Assembly (NCBI GenBank): GCA_964016885.1
Contig: OZ024740.1
Location: 406,906,001 to 406,970,000 of the forward strand
Direction: 5' to 3'
DNA: 64,000 nt
From: Eledone cirrhosa
Lineage: Eukaryota
A program made the translations under genes and the position numbers. The notes beneath the pieces were generated by a model that was given only the letters and a program-made list of their open reading frames with translations, was not told the DNA's origin and searched no databases. Positions 1 through 18,000 of the stretch are shown in pieces. Each line of letters starts with the position of its first letter. Position 1 is the first letter of the stretch.

Positions 1-3000
1 CCAGATATTAATGGAGTGCACCTCACATTGGTACCTATTACAGACACCAGATATCAATGGAGTGCACCTCACATTGGTACCTATTACAGACACCAGATAT
101 CAATGGAGTGTACCTCACATTGGTACCTATTACAGACACCAGATATCAATGGAGTGCACCTCACATTGGTACCTATTACAGACACCAGATATCAATGGAG
201 TGCACCTCACATTGGTACCTATTACAGACACCAGATATCAATGGAGTGCACCTCTCATTGGTACCTATTACAGACACCAGATATCAATGGAGTGCACCTC
301 ACATTAGTACCTATTACAGACACCAGATATCAATGGAGTGCACCTCACATTGGTACCTATTACAGACACCAGATATCAATGGAGTGCACCTCACATTGGT
401 ACCTATTACAGACACCAGATATCAATGGAGTGCACCTCACATTGGTACCTATTACAGACACCAGATATCAATGGAGTGCACCTCACACTGGTACCTATTA
501 CAGACACCAGATATCAATGGAGTGCACCTCACATTGGTACCTATTACAGACACCAGATATCAATGGAGTGCACCTCACATTGGTACCTATTACAGACACC
601 AGATATCAATGGAGTGCACCTTACATTGGTACTTATTACAGACACCAGATATCAATGGAGTGCACCTCACATTGGTACCTATTACAGACACCAGATATCA
701 ATGGAGTGCACCTCACATTGGTACCTATTACAGACACCAGATATCAATGGAGTGCACCTCACATTAGTACCTATTACAGACACCATATATCAATGGAGTG
801 CACCTCACATTGGTACCTATTACAGACACCAGATATCAATGGAGTGCACCTCACATTGGTACCTATTACAGACACCAGATATGAATGGAGTACACCTCAC
901 ATTGATACCTATTACAGACACCAGATATCAATGGAGTGCACCTCACACTGGTACCTAATACAGACACCAGATATCAATGGAGTGCACCTCACATTGGTAC
1001 CTATTACAGACACCAGATATCAATGGAGTGCACCTCACATTGGTACCTATTACAGACACCAGATATCAATGGAGTGCACCTCACATTGGTACCTATTACA
1101 GACACCAGATATCAATGGAGTGCACCTCACATTTGTACCTATTACAGACACCAGATATCAATGGAGTGCACCTCATATTGGTACCTATTACAGACACCAG
1201 ATATTAATGGAGTGCACCTCACATTGGTACCTATTACAGACACCAGATATCAATGGAGTGCACCTCACATTGGTACCTATTACAGACACCAGATATCAAT
1301 GGAGTGTACCTCACATTGGTACCTATTACAGACACCAGATATCAATGGAGTGCACCTCACATTGGTACCTATTACAGACACCAGATATCAATGGAGTGCA
1401 CCTCACATTGGTACCTATTACAGACACCAGATATCAATGGAGTGCACCTCACATTGGTACCTATTACAGACACCATATATCAATGGAGTGCACCTCACAT
1501 TGGTACTTATTACAGACACCAGATATCAATGGAGTGCACCTTACATTTGTACGTATTACAGACACCATATATCAATGGAGTGTACCTCACATTGGTACCT
1601 ATTACAGACACCAGATACCAATGGAGTGCACCTCACATTGGTACCTATTACAGACACCAGATTTCAATGGAGTGCACCTCACATTGGTACCTATTACAGA
1701 CACCAGATATCAATGGTGTGCACCTCACATTGGTACCTATTACAGACACCAGATATCAATGGAGTGCACCTCACATTGGTACCTATTACAAACACCAGAT
1801 ATCAATGGAGTGCACCTCACATTGGTACCTATTACAGACACCAGATATCAATGGAGTGCACCTCACATTGGTACCTATTACAGACACCAGATATCAATGG
1901 AGAGCACCTCATATTGGTACCTATTACGGACACCAGATATCAATGGAGTACACTTCACATTAGTACCTATTACAGACACCAGATATCAATGGAGTGCACC
2001 TCACATTGGTACCTATTACAGACACCAGATATCAATGGAGTGCACCTCACATTGGTACCTATTACAGACACCAGATATCAATGGAGTGCACCTCTCATTA
2101 GTACCTATTACAGACACCAGATATCAATGGAGTGCACCTCACATTAGTACCTATTACAGACACCAGATATCAATGGAGTGCACCTCATATTGGTACCTAT
2201 TACAGACACCAGATATCAATGGAGTGCACCTCACATTGGTACCTATTACAGACACCAGATATCAATGGAGTGCACCTCACATTGTTACCTATTACAGACA
2301 CCAGATATCAATGGAGTGCACCTCACATTGGTACCTATTACAGACACCAGATATCAATGGAGTGCACCTCTCATTGGTACCTATTACAGACACCAGATAC
2401 CAATGGAGTGCACCTCACATTGGTACCTATTACAGACACCAGATATCAATGGAGTGCACCTCACATTAGTACCTATTACAGACACCATATATCAATGGAG
2501 TGCACCTCACATTGGTACCTATTACAGACACCAGATATCAATGGAGTGCACCTCACATTGGTACCTATTACAGACACCAGATATGAATGGAGTACACCTC
2601 ACATTGATACCTATTACAGACACCAGATATCAATGGAGTGCACCTCACACTGGTACCTAATACAGACACCAGATATCAATGGAGTGCACCTCACATTGGT
2701 ACCTATTACAGACACCAGATATCAATGGAGTGCACCTCACATTGGTACCTATTACAGACACCAGATATCAATGGAGTGCACCTCACATTGGTACCTATTA
2801 CAGACACCAGATATCAATGGAGTGCACCTCACATTTGTACCTATTACAGACACCAGATATCAATGGAGTGCACCTCATATTGGTACCTATTACAGACACC
2901 AGATATTAATGGAGTGCACCTCACATTGGTACCTATTACAGACACCAGATATCAATGGAGTGCACCTCACATTGGTACCTATTACAGACACCAGATATCA

Positions 3001-6000
3001 ATGGAGTGTACCTCACATTGGTACCTATTACAGACACCAGATATCAATGGAGTGCACCTCACATTGGTACCTATTACAGACACCAGATATCAATGGAGTG
3101 CACCTCACATTGGTACCTATTACAGACACCAGATATCAATGGAGTGCACCTCACATTGGTACCTATTACAGACACCATATATCAATGGAGTGCACCTCAC
3201 ATTGGTACTTATTACAGACACCAGATATCAATGGAGTGCACCTTACATTTGTACGTATTACAGACACCATATATCAATGGAGTGTACCTCACATTGGTAC
3301 CTATTACAGACACCAGATACCAATGGAGTGCACCTCACATTGGTACCTATTACAGACACCAGATTTCAATGGAGTGCACCTCACATTGGTACCTATTACA
3401 GACACCAGATATCAATGGTGTGCACCTCACATTGGTACCTATTACAGACACCAGATATCAATGGAGTGCACCTCACATTGGTACCTATTACAAACACCAG
3501 ATATCAATGGAGTGCACCTCACATTGGTACCTATTACAGACACCAGATATCAATGGAGTGCACCTCACATTGGTACCTATTACAGACACCAGATATCAAT
3601 GGAGAGCACCTCATATTGGTACCTATTACGGACACCAGATATCAATGGAGTACACTTCACATTAGTACCTATTACAGACACCAGATATCAATGGAGTGCA
3701 CCTCACATTGGTACCTATTACAGACACCAGATATCAATGGAGTGCACCTCACATTGGTACCTATTACAGACACCAGATATCAATGGAGTGCACCTCTCAT
3801 TAGTACCTATTACAGACACCAGATATCAATGGAGTGCACCTCACATTAGTACCTATTACAGACACCAGATATCAATGGAGTGCACCTCATATTGGTACCT
3901 ATTACAGACACCAGATATCAATGGAGTGCACCTCACATTGGTACCTATTACAGACACCAGATATCAATGGAGTGCACCTCACATTGTTACCTATTACAGA
4001 CACCAGATATCAATGGAGTGCACCTGACATTGGTACCTATTACAGACACCAGATATCAATGGAGTGCACCTCTCATTGGTACCTATTACAGACACCAGAT
4101 ACCAATGGAGTGCACCTCACATTGGTACCTATTACAGACACCAGATATCAATGGAGTGCACCTCACATTGGTACCTATTACAGACACCAGATATCAATGG
4201 AGTGCACCTCACATTGTTACCTATTACAGACACCAGATATCAATGGAGTGCACCTCACATTGGTACCTATTACAGACACCAGATATCAATGGTGTGCACC
4301 TCTCATTGGTACCTATTACAGACACCAGATATCAATGGAGTGCACCTCACATTAGTACCTATTACAGACACCAGATATCAATGGAGTGCACCTCACATTG
4401 GTACCTATTACAGACACCAGATATCAATGGAGTGCACCTCACATTGGTACCTATTACAGACACCAGATATCAATGGAGTGCACCTCACATTGGTACCTAT
4501 TACAGACACCAGATATCAATGGAGTGCACCTCACACTGGTACCTATTACAGACACCAGATATCAATGGAGTGCACCTCACATTGGTACCTATTACAGACA
4601 CCAGATATCAATGGAGTGCACCTCACATTGGTACCTATTACAGACACCAGATATCAATGGAGTGCACCTTACATTGGTACTTATTACAGACACCAGATAT
4701 CAATGGAGTGCACCTCACATTGGTACCTATTACAGACACCAGATATCAATGGAGTGCACCTCACATTGGTACCTATTACAGACACCAGATATCAATGGAG
4801 TGCACCTCACATTAGTACCTATTACAGACACCATATATCAATGGAGTGCACCTCACATTGGTACCTATTACAGACACCAGATATCAATGGAGTGCACCTC
4901 ATATTGGTACCTATTACAGACACCAGATATTAATGGAGTGCACCTCACATTGGTACCTATTACAGACACCAGATATCAATGGAGTGCACCTCACATTGGT
5001 ACCTATTACAGACACCAGATATCAATTGAGTGTACCTCACATTGGTACCTATTACAGACACCAGATATCAATGGAGTGTACCTCACATTGGTACCTATTA
5101 CAGACACTAGATATCAATGGAGTGCACCTCACATTGGTACCTATTACAGACACCAGATATCAATGGAGTGCACCTCACATTGGTACCTATTACAGACACC
5201 ATATATCAATGGAGTGAACCTCACATTGGTACCTATTACAGACACCAGATATCAATGGAGTGCACCTTACATTTGTACGTATTACAGACACCATATATCA
5301 ATGGAGTGTACCTCACATTGGTACCTATTACAGACACCAGATACCAATGGAGTGCACCTCACATTGGTACCTATTACAGACACCAGATATCAATGGAGTG
5401 CACCTCACATTGGTACCTATTACAGACACCAGATATCAATGGAGTGCACCTCACATTGGTACCTATTACAGACACCAGATATCAATGGAGTGCACCTCAC
5501 ATTGGTACCTATTACAAACACCAGATATCAATGGAGTGCACCTCACATTGGTACCTATTACAGACACCAGATATCAATGGAGTGCACCTCACATTGGTAC
5601 CTATTACAGACACCAGATATCAATGGAGTGCACCTCATATTGGTACCTATTACGGACACCAGATATCAATGGAGTACACTTCACATTAGTACCTATTACA
5701 GACACCAGATATCAATGGAGTGCACCTCACATTGGTACCTATTACAGACACCAGATATCAATGGAGTGCACCTCACATTGGTACCTATTACAGACACCAG
5801 ATATCAATGGAGTGCACCTCCCATTGGTACCTATTACAGACACCAGATATCAATGGAGTGCACCTCACATTAGTACCTATTACAGACACCAGATATCAAT
5901 GGAGTGCACCTCATATTGGTACCTATTACAGACACCAGATATCAATGGAGTGCACCTCACATTGGTACCTATTACAGACACCAGATATCAATGGAGTGCA

Positions 6001-9000
6001 CCTCACATTGGTACCTATTACAGACACCAGATATCAATGGAGTGCACCTCACACTGGTACCTATTACAGACACCAGATATTAATGGAGTGCACCTCACAC
6101 TGGTACCTATTACAGACACCAGATATCAATGGAGTGCACCTCACATTGGTACCTATTACAGACACCAGATATCAATGGAGTGCACCTCACATTGGTACCT
6201 ATTACAGACACCAGATATCAATGGAGTGCACCTTACATTGGTACCTATTACAGACACCAGATATCAATGGAGTGCACCTTACATTGGTACCTATTACAGA
6301 CACCAGATATCAATGGAGTACACCTCACATTGGTACCTATTACAGACACCAGATATCAATGGAGTGCACCTCACATTGGTACCTATTACAGACACCAGAT
6401 ATCAATGGAGTGCACCTCACATTGGTACCTATTACAGACACCAGATATCAATGGAGTGCACCTCACATTGGTACCTATTACAGACACCAGATATCAATGG
6501 AGTGCACCTCACATTGGTACCTATTACAGACACCAGATATCAATGGAGTGCACCTCACATTGGTACCTATTACAGACACCAGATATCAATGGAGTGCACC
6601 TCACATTGGTACCTATTACAGACACCAGATATCAATGGAGTGCACCTCACATTGGTACCTATTGCAGACACCAGATACCAATGGAGTGCACCTCACATTT
6701 GTACCTATTACAGACACCAGATACCAATGGAGTGCACCTCACATTGGTACCTATTACAGACACCAGATATCAATGGAGTGCTCCTCACATTGCTACCTAT
6801 TACAGACACCAGATACCAATGGAGTGCACCTGACATTGGTACCTATTACAGACACCAGATATCAATGGAGTGCACCTCACATTGGTACCTATTACAGACA
6901 CCAGATACCAATGGAGTGCACCTCACATTGGTACCTATTACAGACACCAGATATCAATGGAGTGCACCTCACATTGGTACCTATTACAGACACCAGATAT
7001 CAATGGAGTGCACCTCACATTGTTACCTATTACAGACACCAGATATCAATGGAGTGCACCTCACATTGGTACCTATTACAGACACCAGATATCAATGGAG
7101 TGCACCTCTCATTGGTACCTATTACAGACACCAGATATCAATGGAGTGCACCTCACATTAGTACCTATTACAGACACCAGATATCAATGGAGTGCACCTC
7201 ACATTGGTACCTATTACAGACACCAGATATCAATGGAGTGCACCTCACATTGGTACCTATTACAGACACCAGATATCAATGGAGTGCACCTCACATTGGT
7301 ACCTATTACAGACACCAGATATCAATGGAGTGCACCTCACACTGGTACCTATTACAGACACCAGATATCAATGGAGTGCACCTCACACTGGTACCTATTA
7401 CAGACACCAGATATCAATGGAGTGCACCTCACATTGGTACCTATTACAGACACCAGATATCAATGGAGTGCACCTCACATTGGTACCTATTACAGACACC
7501 AGATATCAATGGAGTGCACCTTACATTGGTACTTATTACAGACACCAGATATCAATGGAGTGCACCTCACATTGGTACCTATTACAGACACCATATATCA
7601 ATGGAGTGTACCTCACATTCGTACATATTACAGATACCAGATATCAATAGAGTACACCTCACATTGATACCTATTACAGACACCAGATATCAATGGAGTG
7701 CACCTCACATTGGTACCTATTACAGACACCAGATATCAATGGAGGGCACCTCACATTGGTACCTATTACAGACACCAGATATCAATGGAGTGCACCTCAC
7801 ATTGGTACCTATTACAGACACCAGATATCAATGGAGTGCACCACACATTGGTACCTATTACAGACACCAGATATCAATGGAGTGCACCTCACATTGGTAC
7901 ATATTACAGACACCAGATATCAATGGAGTGCACCTCACATTGGTACCTATTACAGACACCAGATATCAATGCAGTGCACCTCACATTGGTACATATTACA
8001 GATACCAGATATCAATGGAGTGCACCTCACATTGGTACCTATTACAGACACCAGATATCAATGGAGTGCACCTCACATTGGTACCTATTACAGACACCAG
8101 ATATCAATGGAGTGCACCTCATATTGGTACCTATTACGGACACCAGATATCAATGGAGTACACTTCACATTAGTACCTATTACAGACACCAGATATCAAT
8201 GGAGTGCACCTCACATTGGTACCTATTACAGACACCAGATATCAATGGAGTGCACCTCACATTGGTACCTATTACAGACACCAGATATCAATGGAGTGCA
8301 CCTCCCATTGGTACCTATTACAGACACCAGATATCAATGGAGTGCACCTCACATTAGTACCTATTACAGACACCAGATATCAATGGAGTGCACCTCATAT
8401 TGGTACCTATTACAGACACCAGATATCAATGGAGTGCACCTCACATTGGTACCTATTACAGACACCAGATATCAATGGAGTGCACCTCACATTGGTACCT
8501 ATTACAGACACCAGATATCAATGGAGTGCACCTCACACTGGTACCTATTACAGACACCAGATATTAATGGAGTGCACCTCACACTGGTACCTATTACAGA
8601 CACCAGATATCAATGGAGTGCACCTCACATTGGTACCTATTACAGACACCAGATATCAATGGAGTGCACCTCACATTGGTACCTATTACAGACACCAGAT
8701 ATCAATGGAGTGCACCTTACATTGGTACCTATTACAGACACCAGATATCAATGGAGTGCACCTTACATTGGTACCTATTACAGACACCAGATATCAATGG
8801 AGTACACCTCACATTGGTACCTATTACAGACACCAGATATCAATGGAGTGCACCTCACATTGGTACCTATTACAGACACCAGATATCAATGGAGTGCACC
8901 TCACATTGGTACCTATTACAGACACCAGATATCAATGGAGTGCACCTCACATTGGTACCTATTACAGACACCAGATATCAATGGAGTGCACCTCACATTG

Positions 9001-12000
9001 GTACCTATTACAGACACCAGATATCAATGGAGTGCACCTCACATTGGTACCTATTACAGACACCAGATATCAATGGAGTGCACCTCACATTGGTACCTAT
9101 TACAGACACCAGATATCAATGGAGTGCACCTCACATTGGTACCTATTGCAGACACCAGATACCAATGGAGTGCACCACACATTTGTACCTATTACAGACA
9201 CCAGATACCAATGGAGTGCACCTCACATTGGTACCTATTACAGACACCAGATATCAATGGAGTGCACCTCACATTGCTACCTATTACAGACACCAGATAC
9301 CAATGGAGTGCACCTGACATTGGTACCTATTACAGACACCAGATATCAATGGAGTGCACCTCACATTGGTACCTATTACAGACACCAGATACCAATGGAG
9401 TGCACCTCACATTGGTACCTATTACAGACACCAGATATCAATGGAGTGCACCTCACATTGGTACCTATTACAGACACCAGATATCAATGGAGTGCACCTC
9501 ACATTGTTACCTATTACAGACACCAGATATCAATGGAGTGCACCTCACATTGGTACCTATTACAGACACCAGATATCAATGGAGTGCACCTCTCATTGGT
9601 ACCTATTACAGACACCAGATATCAATGGAGTGCACCTCACATTAGTACCTATTACAGACACCAGATATCAATGGAGTGCACCTCACATTGGTACCTATTA
9701 CAGACACCAGATATCAATGGAGTGCACCTTACATTGGTACTTATTACAGACACCAGATATCAATGGAGTGCACCTCACATTGGTACCTATTACAGACACC
9801 AGATATCAATGGAGTGCACCTCATATTGGTACCTATTACAGACACCAGATATCAATGGAGTGCACCTCACATTGGTACCTATTACAGACACCAGATATCA
9901 ATGGAGTGCACCTCACATTGGTACCTATTACAGACACCAGATATCAATGGAGTGCACCTCACACTGGTACCTATTACAGACACCAGATATTAATGGAGTG
10001 CACCTCACACTGGTACCTATTACAGACACCAGATATCAATGGAGTGCACCTCACATTGGTACCTATTACAGACACCAGATATCAATGGAGTGCACCTCAC
10101 ATTGGTACCTATTACAGACACCAGATATCAATGGAGTGCACCTTACATTGGTACCTATTACAGACACCAGATATCAATGGAGTGCACCTTACATTGGTAC
10201 CTATTACAGACACCAGATATCAATGGAGTACACCTCACATTGGTACCTATTACAGACACCAGATATCAATGGAGTGCACCTCACATTGGTACCTATTACA
10301 GACACCAGATATCAATGGAGTGCACCTCACATTGGTACCTATTACAGACACCAGATATCAATGGAGTGCACCTCACATTGGTACCTATTACAGACACCAG
10401 ATATCAATGGAGTGCACCTCACATTGGTACCTATTACAGACACCAGATATCAATGGAGTGCACCTCACATTGGTACCTATTACAGACACCAGATATCAAT
10501 GGAGTGCACCTCACATTGGTACCTATTACAGACACCAGATATCAATGGAGTGCACCTCACATTGGTACCTATTGCAGACACCAGATACCAATGGAGTGCA
10601 CCACACATTTGTACCTATTACAGACACCAGATACCAATGGAGTGCACCTCACATTGGTACCTATTACAGACACCAGATATCAATGGAGTGCACCTCACAT
10701 TGCTACCTATTACAGACACCAGATACCAATGGAGTGCACCTGACATTGGTACCTATTACAGACACCAGATATCAATGGAGTGCACCTCACATTGGTACCT
10801 ATTACAGACACCAGATACCAATGGAGTGCACCTCACATTGGTACCTATTACAGACACCAGATATCAATGGAGTGCACCTCACATTGGTACCTATTACAGA
10901 CACCAGATATCAATGGAGTGCACCTCACATTGTTACCTATTACAGACACCAGATATCAATGGAGTGCACCTCACATTGGTACCTATTACAGACACCAGAT
11001 ATCAATGGAGTGCACCTCTCATTGGTACCTATTACAGACACCAGATATCAATGGAGTGCACCTCACATTAGTACCTATTACAGACACCAGATATCAATGG
11101 AGTGCACCTCACATTGGTACCTATTACAGACACCAGATATCAATGGAGTGCACCTTACATTGGTACTTATTACAGACACCAGATATCAATGGAGTGCACC
11201 TCACATTGGTACCTATTACAGACACCATATATCAATGGAGTGTACCTCACATTCGTACATATTACAGATACCAGATATCAATAGAGTACACCTCACATTG
11301 ATACCTATTACAGACACCAGATATCAATGGAGTGCACCTCACATTGGTACCTATTACAGACACCAGATATCAATGGAGGGCACCTCACATTGGTACCTAT
11401 TACAGACACCAGATATCAATGGAGTGCACCTCACATTGGTACCTATTACAGACACCAGATATCAATGGAGTGCACCACACATTGGTACCTATTACAGACA
11501 CCAGATATCAATGGAGTGCACCTCACATTGGTACATATTACAGACACCAGATATCAATGGAGTGCACCTCACATTGGTACCTATTACAGACACCAGATAT
11601 CAATGCAGTGCACCTCACATTGGTACCTATTACAGACACCAGATATCAATGGAGTACACCTCACATTGGTACCTATTATAGACACCAGATATCAATGGAG
11701 TGCACCTCACGTTGGTACCTATTACAGACACCAGATATCAATGGAGTGCACCTCACATTGGTACCTATTACAGACACCATATATCAATGGAGTGTACCTC
11801 ACATTGGTACCTATTACAGACACCAGATACCAATGGAGTGCACCTCACATTGGTACATATTACAGATACCAGATATCAATGGAGTGCACCTCACATTGGT
11901 ACCTATTACAGACACCAGATATCAATGGAGTGCACCTCACATTGGTACCTATTACAGACACCAGATATCAATGGAGTGCACCTCACATTGGTACCTATTA

Positions 12001-15000
12001 CAGACACCAGATATCAATGGAGTGCACCTCACCTTGGTACCTATTACAGACACCAGATATCAATGGAGTGCACCTCACATTGGTACCTATTACAGACACC
12101 AGATATCAATGGAGTGCACCTCACATTGGTACCTATTACAGACACCAGATATCAATGGAGTGCACCTCACATTGGTACCTATTACAGACACCAGATATCA
12201 ATGGAATGCATCTCACACTGGTACATATTACGGACAGCAGATATCAATGGAGTGCACCTCATATTGGTACCTATTACAGACACCAGATATCAATGGAGTG
12301 CACCTCACATTGGTACCTATTACAGACACCAGATATCAATGGAGTGCACCTCACATTGGTACCTATTACAGACACCAGATATCAACGGAGTGCACCTCAC
12401 ACTGGTACCTATTACAGACACCAGATATCAACGGAGTGCACCTCACATTGGTACCTATTACAGACACCATATATCAATGGAGTGCACCTCACACTGGTAC
12501 CTATTACAGACACCAGATATCAATGGAGTGCACCTTACATTGGTATCTATTACAGACACCAGATATCAATGGAGTGCACCTTACATTGGTACTTATTACA
12601 GACACCAGATATCAATGGAGTGCACCTCACATTGGTACCTATTACAGACACCATATATCAATGGAGTGTACCTCACATTCGTACATATTACAGATACCAG
12701 ATATCAATAGAGTACACCTCACATTGGTACCTATTACAGACACCAGATATCAATGGAGTGCACCTCACATTGGTACCTATTACAGACACCAGATATCAAT
12801 GGAGGGCACCTCACATTGGTACCTATTACAGACACCAGATATCAATGGAGTGCACCTCACATTGGTACCTATTACAGACACCAGATATCAATGGAGTGCA
12901 CCACACATTGGTACCTATTACAGACACCAGATATCAATGGAGTGCACCTCACATTGGTACATATTACAGACACCAGATATCAATGGAGTGCACCTCACAT
13001 TGGTACCTATTACAGACACCAGATACCAATGGAGTGCACCTCACATTGGTACCTATTACAGACACCAGATATCAATGGAGTGCACCTCTCATTGGTACCT
13101 ATTACAGACACCAGATATCAATGGAGTGCACCTCACATTAGTACCTATTACAGACACCAGATATCAATGGAGTGCACCTCACATTGGTACCTATTACAGA
13201 CACCAGATATCAATGGAGTGCACCTCACATTGGTACCTATTACAGACACCAGATATCAATGGAGTGCACCTCACATTGGTACCTATTACAGACACCAGAT
13301 ATCAATGGAGTGCACCTCACACTGGTACCTATTACAGACACCAGATATCAATGGAGTGCACCTCACATTGGTACCTATTACAGACACCAGATATCAATGG
13401 AGTGCACCTCACATTGGTACCTATTACAGACACCAGATATCAATGGAGTGCACCTTACATTGGTACTTATTACAGACACCAGATATCAATGGAGTGCACC
13501 TCACATTGGTACCTATTACAGACACCAGATATCAATGGAGTGCACCTCACATTGGTACCTATTACAGACACCAGATATCAATGGAGTGCACCTCACATTA
13601 GTACCTATTACAGACACCATATATCAATGGAGTGCACCTTACATTGGTACTTATTACAGACACCAGATATCAATGGAGTGAACCTCACATTGGTACCTAT
13701 TACAGACACCAGATATCAATGGAGTGCACCTCATATTGGTACCTATTACAGACACCAGATATCAATGGAGTGCACCTCACATTGGTACCTATTACAGACA
13801 CCAGATATCAATGGAGTGCACCTCACATTGGTACCTATTACAGACACCAGATATCAATGGAGTGCACCTCACACTGGTACCTATTACAGACACCAGATAT
13901 TAATGGAGTGCACCTCACACTGGTACCTATTACAGACACCAGATATCAATGGAGTGCACCTCACATTGGTACCTATTACAGACACCAGATATCAATGGAG
14001 TGCACCTCACATTGGTACCTATTACAGACACCAGATATCAATGGAGTGCACCTTACATTGGTACCTATTACAGACACCAGATATCAATGGAGTGCACCTT
14101 ACATTGGTACCTATTACAGACACCAGATATCAATGGAGTACACCTCACATTGGTACCTATTACAGACACCAGATATCAATGGAGTGCACCTCACATTGGT
14201 ACCTATTACAGACACCAGATATCAATGGAGTGCACCTCACATTGGTACCTATTACAGACACCAGATATCAATGGAGTGCACCTCACATTGGTACCTATTA
14301 CAGACACCAGATATCAATGGAGTGCACCTCACATTGGTACCTATTACAGACACCAGATATCAATGGAGTGCACCTCACATTGGTACCTATTACAGACACC
14401 AGATATCAATGGAGTGCACCTCACATTGGTACCTATTACAGACACCAGATATCAATGGAGTGCACCTCACATTGGTACCTATTGCAGACACCAGATACCA
14501 ATGGAGTGCACCACACATTTGTACCTATTACAGACACCAGATACCAATGGAGTGCACCTCACATTGGTACCTATTACAGACACCAGATATCAATGGAGTG
14601 CACCTCACATTGCTACCTATTACAGACACCAGATACCAATGGAGTGCACCTGACATTGGTACCTATTACAGACACCAGATATCAATGGAGTGCACCTCAC
14701 ATTGGTACCTATTACAGACACCAGATACCAATGGAGTGCACCTCACATTGGTACCTATTACAGACACCAGATATCAATGGAGTGCACCTCACATTGGTAC
14801 CTATTACAGACACCAGATATCAATGGAGTGCACCTCACATTGTTACCTATTACAGACACCAGATATCAATGGAGTGCACCTCACATTGGTACCTATTACA
14901 GACACCAGATATCAATGGAGTGCACCTCTCATTGGTACCTATTACAGACACCAGATATCAATGGAGTGCACCTCACATTAGTACCTATTACAGACACCAG

Positions 15001-18000
15001 ATATCAATGGAGTGCACCTCACATTGGTACCTATTACAGACACCAGATATCAATGGAGTGCACCTTACATTGGTACTTATTACAGACACCAGATATCAAT
15101 GGAGTGCACCTCACATTGGTACCTATTACAGACACCATATATCAATGGAGTGTACCTCACATTCGTACATATTACAGATACCAGATATCAATAGAGTACA
15201 CCTCACATTGATACCTATTACAGACACCAGATATCAATGGAGTGCACCTCACATTGGTACCTATTACAGACACCAGATATCAATGGAGGGCACCTCACAT
15301 TGGTACCTATTACAGACACCAGATATCAATGGAGTGCACCTCACATTGGTACCTATTACAGACACCAGATATCAATGGAGTGCACCACACATTGGTACCT
15401 ATTACAGACACCAGATATCAATGGAGTGCACCTCACATTGGTACATATTACAGACACCAGATATCAATGGAGTGCACCTCACATTGGTACCTATTACAGA
15501 CACCAGATATCAATGCAGTGCACCTCACATTGGTACCTATTACAGACACCAGATATCAATGGAGTACACCTCACATTGGTACCTATTATAGACACCAGAT
15601 ATCAATGGAGTGCACCTCACGTTGGTACCTATTACAGACACCAGATATCAATGGAGTGCACCTCACATTGGTACCTATTACAGACACCATATATCAATGG
15701 AGTGTACCTCACATTGGTACCTATTACAGACACCAGATACCAATGGAGTGCACCTCACATTGGTACATATTACAGATACCAGATATCAATGGAGTGCACC
15801 TCACATTGGTACCTATTACAGACACCAGATATCAATGGAGTGCACCTCACATTGGTACCTATTACAGACACCAGATATCAATGGAGTGCACCTCACATTG
15901 GTACCTATTACAGACACCAGATATCAATGGAGTGCACCTCACCTTGGTACCTATTACAGACACCAGATATCAATGGAGTGCACCTCACATTGGTACCTAT
16001 TACAGACACCAGATATCAATGGAGTGCACCTCACATTGGTACCTATTACAGACACCAGATATCAATGGAGTGCACCTCACATTGGTACCTATTACAGACA
16101 CCAGATATCAATGGAATGCATCTCACACTGGTACATATTACGGACAGCAGATATCAATGGAGTGCACCTCATATTGGTACCTATTACAGACACCAGATAT
16201 CAATGGAGTGCACCTCACATTGGTACCTATTACAGACACCAGATATCAATGGAGTGCACCTCACATTGGTACCTATTACAGACACCAGATATCAACGGAG
16301 TGCACCTCACACTGGTACCTATTACAGACACCAGATATCAACGGAGTGCACCTCACATTGGTACCTATTACAGACACCATATATCAATGGAGTGCACCTC
16401 ACACTGGTACCTATTACAGACACCAGATATCAATGGAGTGCACCTTACATTGGTATCTATTACAGACACCAGATATCAATGGAGTGCACCTTACATTGGT
16501 ACTTATTACAGACACCAGATATCAATGGAGTGCACCTCACATTGGTACCTATTACAGACACCATATATCAATGGAGTGTACCTCACATTCGTACATATTA
16601 CAGATACCAGATATCAATAGAGTACACCTCACATTGGTACCTATTACAGACACCAGATATCAATGGAGTGCACCTCACATTGGTACCTATTACAGACACC
16701 AGATATCAATGGAGGGCACCTCACATTGGTACCTATTACAGACACCAGATATCAATGGAGTGCACCTCACATTGGTACCTATTACAGACACCAGATATCA
16801 ATGGAGTGCACCACACATTGGTACCTATTACAGACACCAGATATCAATGGAGTGCACCTCACATTGGTACATATTACAGACACCAGATATCAATGGAGTG
16901 CACCTCACATTGGTACCTATTACAGACACCAGATACCAATGGAGTGCACCTCACATTGGTACCTATTACAGACACCAGATATCAATGGAGTGCACCTCAC
17001 ATTGCTACCTATTACAGACACCAGATACCAATGGAGTGCACCTGACATTGGTACCTATTACAGACACCAGATATCAATGGAGTGCACCTCACATTGATAC
17101 CTATTACAGACACCAGATACCAATGGAGTGCACCTCACATTGGTACCTATTACAGACACCAGATATCAATGGAGTGCACCTCACATTGGTACCTATTACA
17201 GACACCAGATATCAATGGAGTGCACCTCACATTGTTACCTATTACAGACACCAGATATCAATGGAGTGCACCTCACATTGGTACCTATTACAGACACCAG
17301 ATATCAATGGAGTGCACCTCTCATTGGTACCTATTACAGACACCAGATATCAATGGAGTGCACCTCACATTGGTACCTATTACAGACACCAGATATCAAC
17401 GGAGTGCACCTCACACTGGTACCTATTACAGACACCAGATATCAACAGAGTGCACCTCACATTGGTACCTATTACAGACACCATATATCAATGGAGTGCA
17501 CCTCACACTGGTACCTATTACAGACACCAGATATCAATGGAGTGCACCTTACATTGGTATCTATTACAGACACCAGATATCAATGGAGTGCACCTTACAT
17601 TGGTACTTATTACAGACACCAGATATCAATGGAGTGCACCTCACATTGGTACCTATTACAGACACCATATATCAATGGAGTGTACCTCACATTCGTACAT
17701 ATTACAGATACCAGATATCAATAGAGTACACCTCACATTGGTACCTATTACAGACACCAGATATCAATGGAGTGCACCTCACATTGGTACCTATTACAGA
17801 CACCAGATATCAATGGAGGGCACCTCACATTGGTACCTATTACAGACACCAGATATCAATGGAGTGCACCTCACATTGGTACCTATTACAGACACCAGAT
17901 ATCAATGGAGTGCACCACACATTGGTACCTATTACAGACACCAGATATCAATGGAGTGCACCTCACATTGGTACATATTACAGACACCAGATATCAATGG